IMG/VR virus record: IMGVR_UViG_3300041409_000348 | Coordinates: 39,564 to 103,563 of that record | Length of the DNA stretch: 64,000 bases | Source of the DNA: a virus | Strand: one strand, 5' to 3' | In this document: one piece after another, positions 1-9,769 of the stretch | Numbering within the stretch: position 1 is the first letter of the stretch | Layout of the letters: the number at the start of each line of letters is the position of its first letter | Made by a program: the position numbers and the translations under genes | The notes under the pieces: generated by a model | Seen by the model: only the letters and a program-made list of their open reading frames with translations | Told to the model about the DNA's origin: nothing | Databases searched by the model: none

Positions 1-50
1 CCAGGACGGGAGCGTCCCCGCGTGAGCGACGACTACCGGTACGAGCGGCG

Positions 51-572
51 ATGACCTGGCGCAACCGGAAACCTGCTGCCGACCCCGAGATGACGGAACT
101 CGCAGACAGCAGCAGCGGAGAAACGGTGCTCGTGCCCGCAGATGCCCTGCGTACCGTCGCGGACCGCTTCCTGCCGCTGCTGCTCAAATACGGCTCCGTG
201 AATCTCACTCTCGGCACCCCGCGCGAACAGCCGGAACGGCCGAAGGGCCTTATCAAGGGGAGCGGGCGCATGGGTGAGCCGCGCAAGCTCGAGCACATAG
301 TCTCCATCCGCGCCGACGCGCCTCTCCTGGACGCCGTTTGCCGCCTCGCGGCAGGTGAAGGCATATCCGTCAGCGAGTGGATGCGCCGTGCTGCTGCGCG
401 GGAAGTAGCTGAGCAGGAGAAGTCACCGGCTCCATCGGTTCCGTCCGGCTATCGCGTCGTCGGCTGGCAGTGCACCCACATGACCATGACTTCCGGCGGC
501 ATCCACTGGGGCAAGGTCACCGCCATGTGCGGCTGTGAGATGCAGCCTTTGTATGAGCCGGTAGCGGCGTGA
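51..572 (+). CDS. hypothetical protein with possible ribbon-helix-helix DNA-binding segment
   Basis: Segment IVSIRADAPLLDAVCRLAAGEGISVSEWMRRAA resembles the RHH/CopG pattern; stop overlaps next start. Confidence 0.5.
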   Translation: MTWRNRKPAADPEMTELADSSSGETVLVPADALRTVADRFLPLLLKYGSVNLTLGTPREQPERPKGLIKGSGRMGEPRKLEHIVSIRADAPLLDAVCRLAAGEGISVSEWMRRAAAREVAEQEKSPAPSVPSGYRVVGWQCTHMTMTSGGIHWGKVTAMCGCEMQPLYEPVAA

Positions 573-790
573 TGACGACCGTGACTGATCCCGTCACCGG
601 CGCTGCCTACGCAACCCTTAGCAAGGCCAAGGTCGCCCGCACGGTTGAGGTCAACGTCAGCGTCATGATCGACGTGGACGCGGATGACCTCATCATCGGC
701 GTTGAGACGCTAGACGGCAGCGACTGGCGGGACGCACTGGCCACTCTCGCGATACAGGGACGGCTCGCGATCCCACGGGAGGCGAGATGA
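569..790 (+). CDS. DUF2283-like small protein
   Basis: DPVTGAAYATL...VARTVEV...MIDVDADDLIIGVE pattern. Confidence 0.65.
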   Translation: MMTTVTDPVTGAAYATLSKAKVARTVEVNVSVMIDVDADDLIIGVETLDGSDWRDALATLAIQGRLAIPREAR

Positions 791-987
791 GCCGCGCAGA
801 GTTCTGGCGCAGCGTGCGCCGCGGGTTCGATTCCCTCACGCTCGGCCCCACGTCGCCGGTTCTTGAGGAACTGCGCCGCGACGCTGAGCTGCGGCAACGG
901 CAGGCACGGGAGCGTCTTCTGAACTCGTGGAAGCCGCTTCCGCCGCTGCCCGGCAGCGCCGAACCGGACGGGCAGGTGCCCGCGTAA
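787..987 (+). CDS. hypothetical protein
   Basis: ATGA overlap with upstream gene. Confidence 0.5.
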   Translation: MSRAEFWRSVRRGFDSLTLGPTSPVLEELRRDAELRQRQARERLLNSWKPLPPLPGSAEPDGQVPA

Positions 988-1085
988 TGGAACTCGACTG
1001 GGAACGCCGGCACTGCGACCACTCAGGGGAACTCCAGGCGATCCGCCAGTTCCTCGAAACATCCACCAGACACCAGGAGGCCATC

Positions 1086-1355
1086 ATGGCTGCACTCGAC
1101 AACCTCACCGCCGCGGACAACGCCCTGAAGGCCGAGGTCACCTCGGCGATCAGCGACTGGGCTGCGGCCCTGGCCAGCGCGAACTCCGCGAACGACCCGG
1201 CGATCCAGGCCGTCGCGGATGACATGAATTCGCAGGTCGCTGCTCTGCAGGCCGCCGACCCGGCGAACGTCCCGGCCTCCACGCCGCCGGCTGCCCCGGC
1301 CGCGCCTGACGCCGGCACCGCAGCGCCGGTCAGCCCCGCCGGCACCTCCAACTAG
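1086..1355 (+). CDS. hypothetical coiled-coil protein
   Basis: SD AGGAGG at 1075-1080; high-GC3 codon usage; alternative start at 987. Confidence 0.65.
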   Translation: MAALDNLTAADNALKAEVTSAISDWAAALASANSANDPAIQAVADDMNSQVAALQAADPANVPASTPPAAPAAPDAGTAAPVSPAGTSN

Positions 1356-1379
1356 CCGCCAGCGTCCGCCGGGGCAAGC

Positions 1380-2648
1380 GTGGCCATCACACCATCTGGG
1401 GTTCGCGAGATCCCCATAGCCACCCTGACCCGCTTCCCCGGCAACGCCCGGCGCGGCAACGTCGCCGAGATCCGTGCGAGTGTCCGCCGTCTCGGCCAGT
1501 ACCGCACCATCGTGGTCCGCGACACCGGTTCGGATCTGGTGATCCTCGCGGGCAACCACACCGCTGACGCGCTGGCCGCTGAAGGGCATGAGAACGCCCG
1601 GTGTGAGGTCATCACCTGCACCGACGACGAAGCCCGCCGCGTCAACCTGACGGACAACCGGCTCGCGGAGCTGCCGGGACCGGACGGGGAACGGTACGAC
1701 GACGAGGCCCTCGTGGAGCTGCTGTCGTACCTGGACGGCGACTATGAGGGCACCGGGTGGACCGAAGAGGACGTGTCCGCGCTCATCGAGCCACCCGAGG
1801 ACACGCCGGGCGGCAACGGCGACCCGGACGACGCACCGGAACCACCAGCCGAGCCGGTCAGCGCGTTCGGTGACCTCTGGCTGCTCGGGCCGCACCGGCT
1901 GCTCATAGGCGACGCGACCAACCCGGATCACCTGGCGCTGGCAACCGAAGGACTCGGCACGCCGGGCATCGTCTACACCGACCCGCCGTACGGCATAGAC
2001 ATCGTGAGCAGCGCCGGAAAGGTGGGCGCATCCATCGGCTACCCCGTCGGCGGTGCCAAGAACGGCGGTCAAGGCAGCAAGGGCACCGTCCGCACGACCA
2101 GTTATCTGCCCGTCGCTGGGGACGACAGCACCGACGCTGCGGTGGACGCCTTCCGGCTGCTGTATGCGGAGTACCCGGACGCCATGCATATCTGGTGGGG
2201 CGGCAACCACTATGCGGCCTCGGCCGGCCTGCCGGACTCGTCGTGCTGGCTTGTCTGGGACAAGGACACTAACGGCAACTTCGCGGACGCTGAGCTTGCC
2301 TGGACGAGCCATCCCGGCGCGGTACGGCTGCTGCGGCACATGTGGAACGGGATGCTCCGCGCCTCCGAACGCGGCAAGCGTGTCCACCCGACCCAGAAGC
2401 CGGTAGCACTCGCCGAGTGGGCGTTCGGTGTCATCGACCCCAAGGATGAGCGGAGCGTCGTCCTCGACGTGTTCGCGGGCTCAGGATCAACGCTCCTCGC
2501 CGCTCACCGGACCAAACGCACGGCGGCGCTGATCGAGATGGAACCCGCATACGGGGACGTCATCGCCGGACGCTGGGAAGCCTTCACCGGCATCAAACCG
2601 GAGCGTGTCCTGCCCGACGGCACCACCGAACCTGTCTCCTTCACCTGA
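1380..2648 (+). CDS. ParB-like N-terminal domain + N4/N6 DNA methyltransferase
   Basis: ILAGNHT ParB-like motif; DPPYG catalytic motif; HPTQKP; DVFAGSGST SAM-binding motif. Confidence 0.9.
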   Translation: MAITPSGVREIPIATLTRFPGNARRGNVAEIRASVRRLGQYRTIVVRDTGSDLVILAGNHTADALAAEGHENARCEVITCTDDEARRVNLTDNRLAELPGPDGERYDDEALVELLSYLDGDYEGTGWTEEDVSALIEPPEDTPGGNGDPDDAPEPPAEPVSAFGDLWLLGPHRLLIGDATNPDHLALATEGLGTPGIVYTDPPYGIDIVSSAGKVGASIGYPVGGAKNGGQGSKGTVRTTSYLPVAGDDSTDAAVDAFRLLYAEYPDAMHIWWGGNHYAASAGLPDSSCWLVWDKDTNGNFADAELAWTSHPGAVRLLRHMWNGMLRASERGKRVHPTQKPVALAEWAFGVIDPKDERSVVLDVFAGSGSTLLAAHRTKRTAALIEMEPAYGDVIAGRWEAFTGIKPERVLPDGTTEPVSFT

Positions 2649-2698
2649 CCGGCATTCGCCGAACGCTAGTTAACCGAATCTCCGGGAGGTGGTGAGAG

Positions 2699-3205
2699 AT
2701 GCCACGCCGCCGCTCCGTCGTCACCCGCGAGAACGACATCCGCGCCATTGACCTGCGCCGGCGCGGCCTCACGTATGAGCAGATCGCCACCCAGATGGGC
2801 TTCCGCGCCACCTCCAGCGCTTATGAAGCCGTCCAGCGGGGCTTGGCCGAGGCGTTCCGTGAGGAAGCCGGCGCGCTCACCCAGATGGAAGCGGAACGCC
2901 TGGACGCCCTGCGGCGCCTGTTCGAGCGGATCGCCGCGACCAAGCATTACGCGGTGTCTCTCGGGTCGGGGAAAGTCATCATGGACCCCGCGAACCCCGG
3001 CCAGCCCCTCACCGACGACGGCCCCGCCATGGCCGCCGGTTTGGCGTTGCTGCGGGTCAGTGAGTCGTGGCGGAAACTCAAGGGCCTCGACGCACCCGCG
3101 AAGTCCCGCGTCGAAGTGGTCACCGCCGACGTGATCGAGTCCGAGATCACGCGCCTGGAGGCAGACCTTGCCGCCAACGACCCCGTACATCCAGGCACCG
3201 GCTGA
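2699..3205 (+). CDS. terS: terminase small subunit (HTH)
   Basis: N-terminal HTH (LRRRGLTYEQIATQMG), C-terminal GLDAP motif, directly upstream of terL. Confidence 0.8.
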   Translation: MPRRRSVVTRENDIRAIDLRRRGLTYEQIATQMGFRATSSAYEAVQRGLAEAFREEAGALTQMEAERLDALRRLFERIAATKHYAVSLGSGKVIMDPANPGQPLTDDGPAMAAGLALLRVSESWRKLKGLDAPAKSRVEVVTADVIESEITRLEADLAANDPVHPGTG

Positions 3206-4877
3206 CCGGCTCCGCTACCTGCGTGAGCTTCAGCGGCAGGCGGCGGAGACCAAGAAGGCCGCATCCCAGCGGTACTACAACGACCCGGTAGCGTTCGCCG
3301 CCGACTGCATCGACTGGCGTGACGGCGCTGGCCTGACCGCCTACCAGCAGGAGATCGTCGGGGACCTGCCGGCCCGTAAGCGCATCAGTGTCCGCAGTCC
3401 CCACGGCACCGGGAAATCGACCACGGCTGCCGTGACCATCTTGTGGTTCGCGCTGACCCGCGAAACGGCGGGTGTGGACTGGAAGGTCGCGACGACCGCC
3501 GGGTCCTGGCATCAGCTGTCCAGATTTTTGTGGCCGGAGATTCACCGCTGGGCGGGCCGGATCCGCTGGGACAAGATACGCGGCAACCAGCCGCTGACCG
3601 CCCATGAGGAACTGAACCTCCGCCTGCGCGGTCACCCGTTCAGCGCCGCTGAGCTGATGAACCTGAACCTGCGCCTCAACCACGGTGCGGCCTTCGCGTC
3701 CGCGTCCGCGAACTCGGCCCTCATCGAAGGCGCCCACGCCGACAGTCTGCTGTTCGTGTTCGACGAGTCCAAGGCGATCCCCGCCGCCACGTTCGACGCC
3801 TGTGAAGGTGCCCTGAACGGCACCGGGGAAGCGTTCGCCCTCGCGCTCTCGACGCCGGGTGCGCCCGCCGGCCGGTTCTACGACATTCAGTCCCGCAAAC
3901 CGGGCTATGAGGACTGGCACGCCGTCCACGTCACCCTTGACCAGGCGATAGCGGCCGGGCAGATCGACCCGGACTGGGCAGCGAACCGGGCCCGCCAGTG
4001 GGGCACCGAATCCAGCATCTACGTCAACCGGGTCCTCGGCGAGTTCCACGCCGGCGATGAGGACAGTGTGATCCCGCTGGCGTGGGCTGAGGCCGCGGTC
4101 GAACGCTGGCTCGAATGGGACCTCGCCGGCCGCCCCGGCACCGAGATGGACTATCCCCGCACCGTCGGTGTGGACGTGGCCCGTGAAGGCATGGACAAGA
4201 CGGTCCTCGCGGTCCGCAACGGCCACGTGCTGACCGAACTGCGCCGGTCGGTGAAGGAAACCACCATGCAGACCACTGGCCGTGTCGCCGGTGTCCTCGA
4301 CGCCGACGCGGCCAGGACCGCGGTCGTGGACGTCATCGGTATCGGCGCGGGTGTCGTGGACCGGCTGCGGGAGATGGGCCACAAGGTGCAGGCGTTCAAC
4401 GCCGCCGCCGGAACCGACCGCCGCGACGTCACCGGCGAACTGGGCTTCCCGAACTCCCGCAGCGCCGCATGGTGGTCGATGCGTGAGCAGCTCGACCCGT
4501 CCGCCGGCTCCACCGTGTGCCTGCCTGATGATGAGATGCTGCTCGGTGACCTGGCCGCGCCGCAGTGGAAAGTCCTGTCCGGCGGCAAAATCCAGGTCGA
4601 GCCGAAAGACGAGATCCGCAAACGCCTCGGCCGGTCCACCGACGACGGCGACGCTGTGGTTCAGGCGTTCTTCTCCCGGTCGATGCCGCATTCGCCGTCG
4701 GCGCGGCAGTGGGCTGTCCACGACGAACTTGAGCGGATGGGCCAGGACCCGTCCGCGCGGATGCGTGCCCGTCCCGGCCAGGACTATGACCGGGACGACA
4801 ACTGGTCCGCGGACTCGTTCGCCCCGCAGGCCGACGACGGCAGACCGGAACGGCCCAACGTGAGGGCATGGCGGTAA
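3168..4877 (+). CDS. terL: terminase large subunit
   Basis: Walker A SPHGTGKST, Walker B FVFDES, nuclease GVDVAREGMD and STDDGDA. Confidence 0.93.
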   Translation: MPPTTPYIQAPADRLRYLRELQRQAAETKKAASQRYYNDPVAFAADCIDWRDGAGLTAYQQEIVGDLPARKRISVRSPHGTGKSTTAAVTILWFALTRETAGVDWKVATTAGSWHQLSRFLWPEIHRWAGRIRWDKIRGNQPLTAHEELNLRLRGHPFSAAELMNLNLRLNHGAAFASASANSALIEGAHADSLLFVFDESKAIPAATFDACEGALNGTGEAFALALSTPGAPAGRFYDIQSRKPGYEDWHAVHVTLDQAIAAGQIDPDWAANRARQWGTESSIYVNRVLGEFHAGDEDSVIPLAWAEAAVERWLEWDLAGRPGTEMDYPRTVGVDVAREGMDKTVLAVRNGHVLTELRRSVKETTMQTTGRVAGVLDADAARTAVVDVIGIGAGVVDRLREMGHKVQAFNAAAGTDRRDVTGELGFPNSRSAAWWSMREQLDPSAGSTVCLPDDEMLLGDLAAPQWKVLSGGKIQVEPKDEIRKRLGRSTDDGDAVVQAFFSRSMPHSPSARQWAVHDELERMGQDPSARMRARPGQDYDRDDNWSADSFAPQADDGRPERPNVRAWR

Positions 4878-4929
4878 GTTACCGGCGAGTACGGGTGCCA
4901 CGTTTCCGCAGGTCGCAACCGGAGGTGCC

Positions 4930-5214
4930 GTGACTGTCCCCGTGAAAGTCACGGTCCCCGAAACGGTCCTCGCCGCCGTCGATGAGATCCGCGGCGACGA
5001 GTCACGGTCCGCGTGGATCCTCGGCGCGATCGGCCTGCGCCTGTCCCCGCTCGCCGAAGCGGTCGCCGCCGTCATCGAACCCGCCGTCGACCCCGGCAAC
5101 ATCATCCCCACCGCGGTCCTCACCGACCGCCCGTCCGTCCAGGTGTGCAAGCACCCGAAAGCACGGGTACTGCGAGGCTTCTGCGGCGCCTGCGGCACGG
5201 GCGGGCTGGCCTGA
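4930..5214 (+). CDS. RHH-like protein with C-terminal Cys motif
   Basis: SD GGAGG; VKVTVPETVLAAVDEIRGDESRSAWI; CKH...CGAC. Confidence 0.6.
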   Translation: MTVPVKVTVPETVLAAVDEIRGDESRSAWILGAIGLRLSPLAEAVAAVIEPAVDPGNIIPTAVLTDRPSVQVCKHPKARVLRGFCGACGTGGLA

Positions 5215-5444
5215 TGGCCACCGTCCTGTACACCGCACTGGCCCCGCTGACCGTGTACTCGGTGATCAGCACATGGGACTGCGCCGCCGGGGACGTTCTG
5301 CCGCTCGACCCCAGCAAGCAGTCCACCGCCAGCCTCCTGGCCGCCGGGAAGATCGAACCTGCCGCGCCCGGCGCGACCGACACTTGCACCCCGGCAAATG
5401 TGCAAAGGGGCGTTCCCGGGCTTCACGTGGGCGTCTCAAACTAG
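5214..5444 (+). CDS. small putative virion protein ending VGVSN
   Basis: TGATG coupling to upstream gene; 76 aa; C-terminus shared with 14117..14287. Confidence 0.65.
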   Translation: MATVLYTALAPLTVYSVISTWDCAAGDVLPLDPSKQSTASLLAAGKIEPAAPGATDTCTPANVQRGVPGLHVGVSN

Positions 5445-5455
5445 CCCTGACCTGC

Positions 5456-5548
5456 TAGAATGGCCATGTTAAACCCCGGCGAGCGAGGGTGCGCAAACAC
5501 CTGACTCACTCCCGGGGGCGTTCGATCTGGTGAAAGCAGACCGACATG
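5456..5548 (+). promoter_or_regulatory. HNH cassette leader: -10 TAGAAT, long hairpin, RBS hairpin
   Basis: TAGAAT 5456-5461; stem CCCCGG...CCGGGG 5474-5517; 26-bp segment 5523-5548 identical to 24837-24862. Confidence 0.6.
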
Positions 5549-6421
5549 ACCAAGCGTACAGGCGAGGCGTTTGTCTACTACATACGCCGCGGTGACCTGA
5601 TTAAGATCGGGGCGTCGGCCAACATCCGGGTGCGGCTCAGCGCGCAGGCTTATGACGAACTCCTCGCGGTTGAGCCCGGGTACTTCAGCCTTGAGAAGCG
5701 CCGGCACAGGCAGTTCGCCGAACACAAGGAACCCCTGGGTCGCGGCCAGCACGAGTGGTTCAAGCCGGGAGAGACCCTGCTCGGGCACATCGCTGCGATG
5801 CGGGCACTCCACGAGCTGCCTGATCTGTCCACGCGCTACTGCCCGCGTTTGGGCACGACCGCACAGGCCATACTGGCGCTGCTGCCGCCGCTACTGATGC
5901 AAGTTCCGGCCGGCACGATGGAGCGGCTCATAGCCAAGATCGTCATCGACGGCGAGTCGGGATGCTGGAGACGCCCCGTCGGGATCAGCGCCAAGGGCTA
6001 CAGCCAGTTCTGGTTCGGCGGCAAACTGCAAGCAGCGCACCGCGTCTCGCACATCCTGTTCGTCGGCCCCATTCCGGACGGCCACGAGGTCGATCACGTT
6101 AAGGCGCGCGGATGCCGGTTCAAGGACTGCATCCGGCCATCTCACCTTGAAGCCGTGACCGGGCGCGAGAACACACTGCGCGGCGGCAACATGGCCGCCA
6201 TTCACGCCCGCACGACACACTGCCCGCAGGACCACGAGTACACGCCCGAGAACACGTACTTGATCAAGTCCCCAAACGGCAGGGATCGACGCCAGTGCAA
6301 GATCTGCACCAGGGAAAAGGCGCACGAGCGGCATCATCGGCTCAAGACCGACCCGGCATTCCGCGAGACGCGCCGCCTGGGACAACTCAACCGACGGACG
6401 CGCGAGCGCGCCACTAGCTAG
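5546..6421 (+). CDS. T5orf172/GIY-YIG-like + HNH endonuclease
   Basis: VYYIRRGDLIKIG...EKRRHRQF...EWF; AHRVSH...VDH...CIRPSHLEAVTGREN; THCPQDH. Confidence 0.85.
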   Translation: MTKRTGEAFVYYIRRGDLIKIGASANIRVRLSAQAYDELLAVEPGYFSLEKRRHRQFAEHKEPLGRGQHEWFKPGETLLGHIAAMRALHELPDLSTRYCPRLGTTAQAILALLPPLLMQVPAGTMERLIAKIVIDGESGCWRRPVGISAKGYSQFWFGGKLQAAHRVSHILFVGPIPDGHEVDHVKARGCRFKDCIRPSHLEAVTGRENTLRGGNMAAIHARTTHCPQDHEYTPENTYLIKSPNGRDRRQCKICTREKAHERHHRLKTDPAFRETRRLGQLNRRTRERATS

Positions 6422-6442
6422 CGGCGGGGGGTGAGATTGAAG

Positions 6443-7985
6443 ATGTCACCCCAAGACCCCCAGAAGGCGCGGATCGTGGCGTTCCCCGACTTGAAGCCGG
6501 CGACACGCCATGACCTTATGCGCGGGGAGCTCGGCACCGAGTTCGACCGCAACCAGATGTTCGGCCTGTACTCGGGTGGTGATGTCTTCTTAGTCCGACT
6601 ACGGCACCGCCACTGCCCGGGACTTCCAGACCATGCTCAGCCGCGACGGCCAGGCCGCGGCGCTCGAGGCGGTCCTGACGCTGCCGATCCGGCAGGCGTC
6701 CCGCGCGATCGAGCCCGGCAAGAACGACAGCGGCGAGGCCGATTTCTGCCACTCGGTGCTGTTCGCGCCGCACACCTCGGGCGGCATGAGCACCCCGATG
6801 CAGGACGTGATCGGGCAGGTCACCTCGGCGCAGATTTTCAAGCTCGCCTTCTTTGAGCTCTGCTGGAAGATCCGGGAGCGGGACGGCGGGGTCGCCATCG
6901 ACAAGATGGCCTACCGGCCGCCGGCGACCTGTGAGCTGAAGCGGGACGCCCGCACGGGCGCGATGGACGGGTTCCGGCAGCAGGTGTGGCAGTTCGGCGG
7001 CAACCTCAAGCAGGACAAGGCATCCAAACTGCCCGGCTACGTCGAGATCCCCAAGATCAAGTCGTATGTCCACGTCAACGGCCGGCACCGGCAGCCCCTC
7101 ACCGGCACCAGTGAGCTTGAGCTGACGCACTGGGTCCACCAGACCAAGCTCAAATTGCTGTACCTCTGGTTCCAGTTCCTGGAGCAGCAGAGCCTGCCGA
7201 AGGTCATCGTGTACGGCCAGGACCAGCGGGAAGCCAACGCGAAGGCCGACGACATCGCCTCGATGCGATCGTCCGGTGTCGTGGGGTTCGCCCGCGACCC
7301 GCAGGGCGCCAAGTCGTTTGAGATCCTGGAGTCCTCGGGCTCGAAGGGTGCCACTCAGTTCGCTGACGCCCTGTCGTTCCTTGAAACGTGGCAGACCGCG
7401 AGCGTCCTGGCCGGGTTCACGGGCCTGTCCTCGCTCGCGGCGATGGGCCGCGGTTCCCTCGCGTTGTCGCAGGACCAGTCGGCGTTCTTCCTGAAGTCCC
7501 GGCAGGCCATCAGCCTGGAGATCGCCGAGTCCATCACCCACGAGGTCATCGCCCCGCTGGTGACCCTGAACTTCGGGCCGGGCGCGAGCTATCCGCGGTT
7601 CACGTTCGGGGCCCTGTCGGATGAGTCCGGCTCCCAGCTGGTCACCTTGTTCCAGGCTCTCGCGGTCGCACCCGCGTTGCAGGTGCCGGCGGGGATCCTG
7701 GACATCATCACGGAACGTCTGGCGACGTTCCTGAACCTGGACGTGGATGCGGTGACGCAGATCGTGCAGCAGGGTGCGAAGGACCGTGAGGCGCAGGCGG
7801 TCGCGCAGGCCCCGGCGGGGATGCCGCAGCAGTCGGCGGCGGCGCTGGGGCATCTGGCGGGGGGAACAGCGGCGGCGGCGGCGATAGCGAAGAAGGCTTT
7901 GGCGCATGCCGGTAACCAGCCACTGCCGGAGGACATCATGCAGCCGTTCGACGTGCCGAACATGAGCGTGAACCCGAAGGCGTGA
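6443..7985 (+). CDS. portal protein (DUF935/Mu gp29-like), split by a +1 discontinuity at TTA 6590-6592
   Basis: Position after terL; N-terminal part 6443-6589 and main ORF resuming at 6597 (DYGTATARDFQTMLSRDGQ...); main ORF in track is 6633..7985. Confidence 0.85.
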
Positions 7986-7989
7986 GGCT

Positions 7990-8673
7990 GTGACCACGCC
8001 CGCCGCGCAAACCCAGCCACCGCAGCAGCAGGCCCCGCAGCAGCAGCAGGACGACACCGCCGCTGACGCTGCCCTGATCGCCCTCATCGTCGCTGCCCTC
8101 GCCGCCTACGGCACCGCACAGGCCCTCACAGGCGCGCTGAAGGCCCCGTTCAAGGCTGCGGGCATCTCCGGTGCGGCGTTGTCCGCGATCGCCGCCCTAG
8201 CCGTCTCCGCCCCGCAGGACGCCGTCAAGGGCACCGGCCCGGCGTCCCGGTGGGCGCTGCGGAACAACCTGCTGCGGCGCGCTCAGTTCGTTCTGGCGGC
8301 GTCGCGGCGTGTCCAGCAGGCGGTGAAGGCGGCACGGTCCCAGAACGAGCCGGCGATGACCGCGATCCGGGACGCGCTGGCCACGGAGAAGCAGTATCTC
8401 GGGCAGCACATCGCGGCCAGCGAGGGCCGTGTGGACGCAGCCTCATCCGTGGACAGCGCGGCGGCGAAGCACGGGAAGCTGCTCGGCTGGCAAGCGACCA
8501 AAGACAAAAGGTGCACGCCGGGCTGTGCTGCCGCGTCAGGCTCCAACTTCAAGGCGGACCGGCCTCCGATCGTGGAAGGTCACCCGGCGTTCCCCGGCAT
8601 GGTCCACGGGGCGACGTGCCGGTGTATCCCGGTCGCGCCGTTCAAGGGCGCTAAGGTGCTGCCGTCATCCTGA
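7990..8673 (+). CDS. MuF-like head morphogenesis protein
   Basis: LGWQATKDKRCTPGC...PGMVHGATCRC; follows portal. Confidence 0.8.
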   Translation: MTTPAAQTQPPQQQAPQQQQDDTAADAALIALIVAALAAYGTAQALTGALKAPFKAAGISGAALSAIAALAVSAPQDAVKGTGPASRWALRNNLLRRAQFVLAASRRVQQAVKAARSQNEPAMTAIRDALATEKQYLGQHIAASEGRVDAASSVDSAAAKHGKLLGWQATKDKRCTPGCAAASGSNFKADRPPIVEGHPAFPGMVHGATCRCIPVAPFKGAKVLPSS

Positions 8674-8692
8674 GGTGGAGGCATACACCCAG

Positions 8693-8998
8693 CTAGTCGG
8701 GCCAGGCGCACTCGTAGGCCATCCTCGCGAAGTCGGAACGGACGATCCGGTACACCAGCCGCCCGCCGTCAGCCAAGGCGAACCGGAGCACCGCGCCGAC
8801 CGCACCGTCTCCCGGCTCGTAATGACCTTCCGGGCACGCAGTGAAGTCGGTGGAGACCAGTGCGACCGGGAACAGCGGCATGCAGTGGATCAGGTCGTCG
8901 AGCATCCGCCAGCTGAGCCACATTCGCGGGCCGGCGGCGGTGAGCAGCAACCCGGAACCATCGGCGCGGGTCGCCCATACCGGCGCGCTTTCCGTCAC
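8693..8998 (-). CDS. hypothetical protein, leaderless
   Basis: TACGAT-GAGCGG-GTG immediately upstream. Confidence 0.6.
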   Translation of the reverse strand: MTESAPVWATRADGSGLLLTAAGPRMWLSWRMLDDLIHCMPLFPVALVSTDFTACPEGHYEPGDGAVGAVLRFALADGGRLVYRIVRSDFARMAYECAWPD

Positions 8999-9033
8999 CC
9001 GCTCATCGTAGACGGGGCGGTGAACCTGCTGCC

Positions 9034-9213
9034 GTGACCTGCCGCCTATGCCTTGAGCGTGTCCCGTTCGAGCGGATCGCCGATCACATGCGCCTGCTGC
9101 ACCCGGACCTCGTATGGCATGGCGACGACCCTCATGACGCGCGGGCGGATGCGTGGCCGGATGGGAAGCCCGTCGTGCACGAGGACGCGGAAACGCTAGC
9201 GGACGTGGCCTGA
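9034..9213 (+). CDS. small C2H2 zinc-finger-like protein (59 aa, not in ORF track)
   Basis: MTCRLCLERVPFERIADHMRLLHPD; SD GGCGGTGA upstream. Confidence 0.6.
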   Translation: MTCRLCLERVPFERIADHMRLLHPDLVWHGDDPHDARADAWPDGKPVVHEDAETLADVA

Positions 9214-9255
9214 GGCCGGACGGCAGCGACGACTGAGCTAGCCGCGCGGTGCCGT

Positions 9256-9738
9256 TCAGGGACGCTGCGGTGCTTCCGTAGCCAGCCAGTCCACGGCAGA
9301 GCGATGGATTGCCGCTGCCTGCTCGGCTGACAACCGGCGTTCGGCGCACTCGCGCTCGAAGCGGGCCGGGTCGGTCAGATGCTCCAGATAGTCGCGGTAC
9401 TCGCGCCTTCCGCGCCGCCACCTTGACAGGTAGAGCTTGGTGAACCAGTGATCGGCGTGAGTTTCCAGGCCACGGTCAGTAGGGGCGTCAATCGAGTCGC
9501 CGACCGCCTCGAAGGCGTTCCGCATCATCACGCCGACGCTGACGCTGGAGTCCTCTGAGTCGATAATCGCGCCGTACCAGGGCGCCCGGCGGGGGACGTC
9601 GGTCACGAGCCGGATCACCGACACGGCATCACGCAACTCTTGCGGCGCACCGGCCAGCTCGCGGTCCACGCGGTCAATGGCCTGCTGGAGCGCGTAGCGG
9701 CTCAGTTCGCCAATGTGCTCGGGTACGTCACGGCTCAT
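9256..9738 (-). CDS. hypothetical protein, leaderless
   Basis: TACGAT-GAGCGG-ATG immediately upstream. Confidence 0.6.
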   Translation of the reverse strand: MSRDVPEHIGELSRYALQQAIDRVDRELAGAPQELRDAVSVIRLVTDVPRRAPWYGAIIDSEDSSVSVGVMMRNAFEAVGDSIDAPTDRGLETHADHWFTKLYLSRWRRGRREYRDYLEHLTDPARFERECAERRLSAEQAAAIHRSAVDWLATEAPQRP

Positions 9739-9769
9739 CCGCTCATCGTAGAACCGGGGCGGTGACCTC

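Noticed and set aside
3147-5426. Long antisense ORFs (also 30734..32968, 42136..44361, 43113..44819 and others)
   Set aside because: Shadows of high-GC3 genes on the opposite strand; no motifs or RBS.
5444-6640. Group I intron or intein carrying the HNH near terminase/portal
   Set aside because: The HNH lies between complete genes, the portal gap is only 7 nt, and terL has no intein motifs.
6431-6856. Stand-alone 141-aa gene overlapping the portal
   Set aside because: After codon TTA 6590 the translation becomes Arg/Pro-rich off-frame sequence; better explained as the portal N-terminus.
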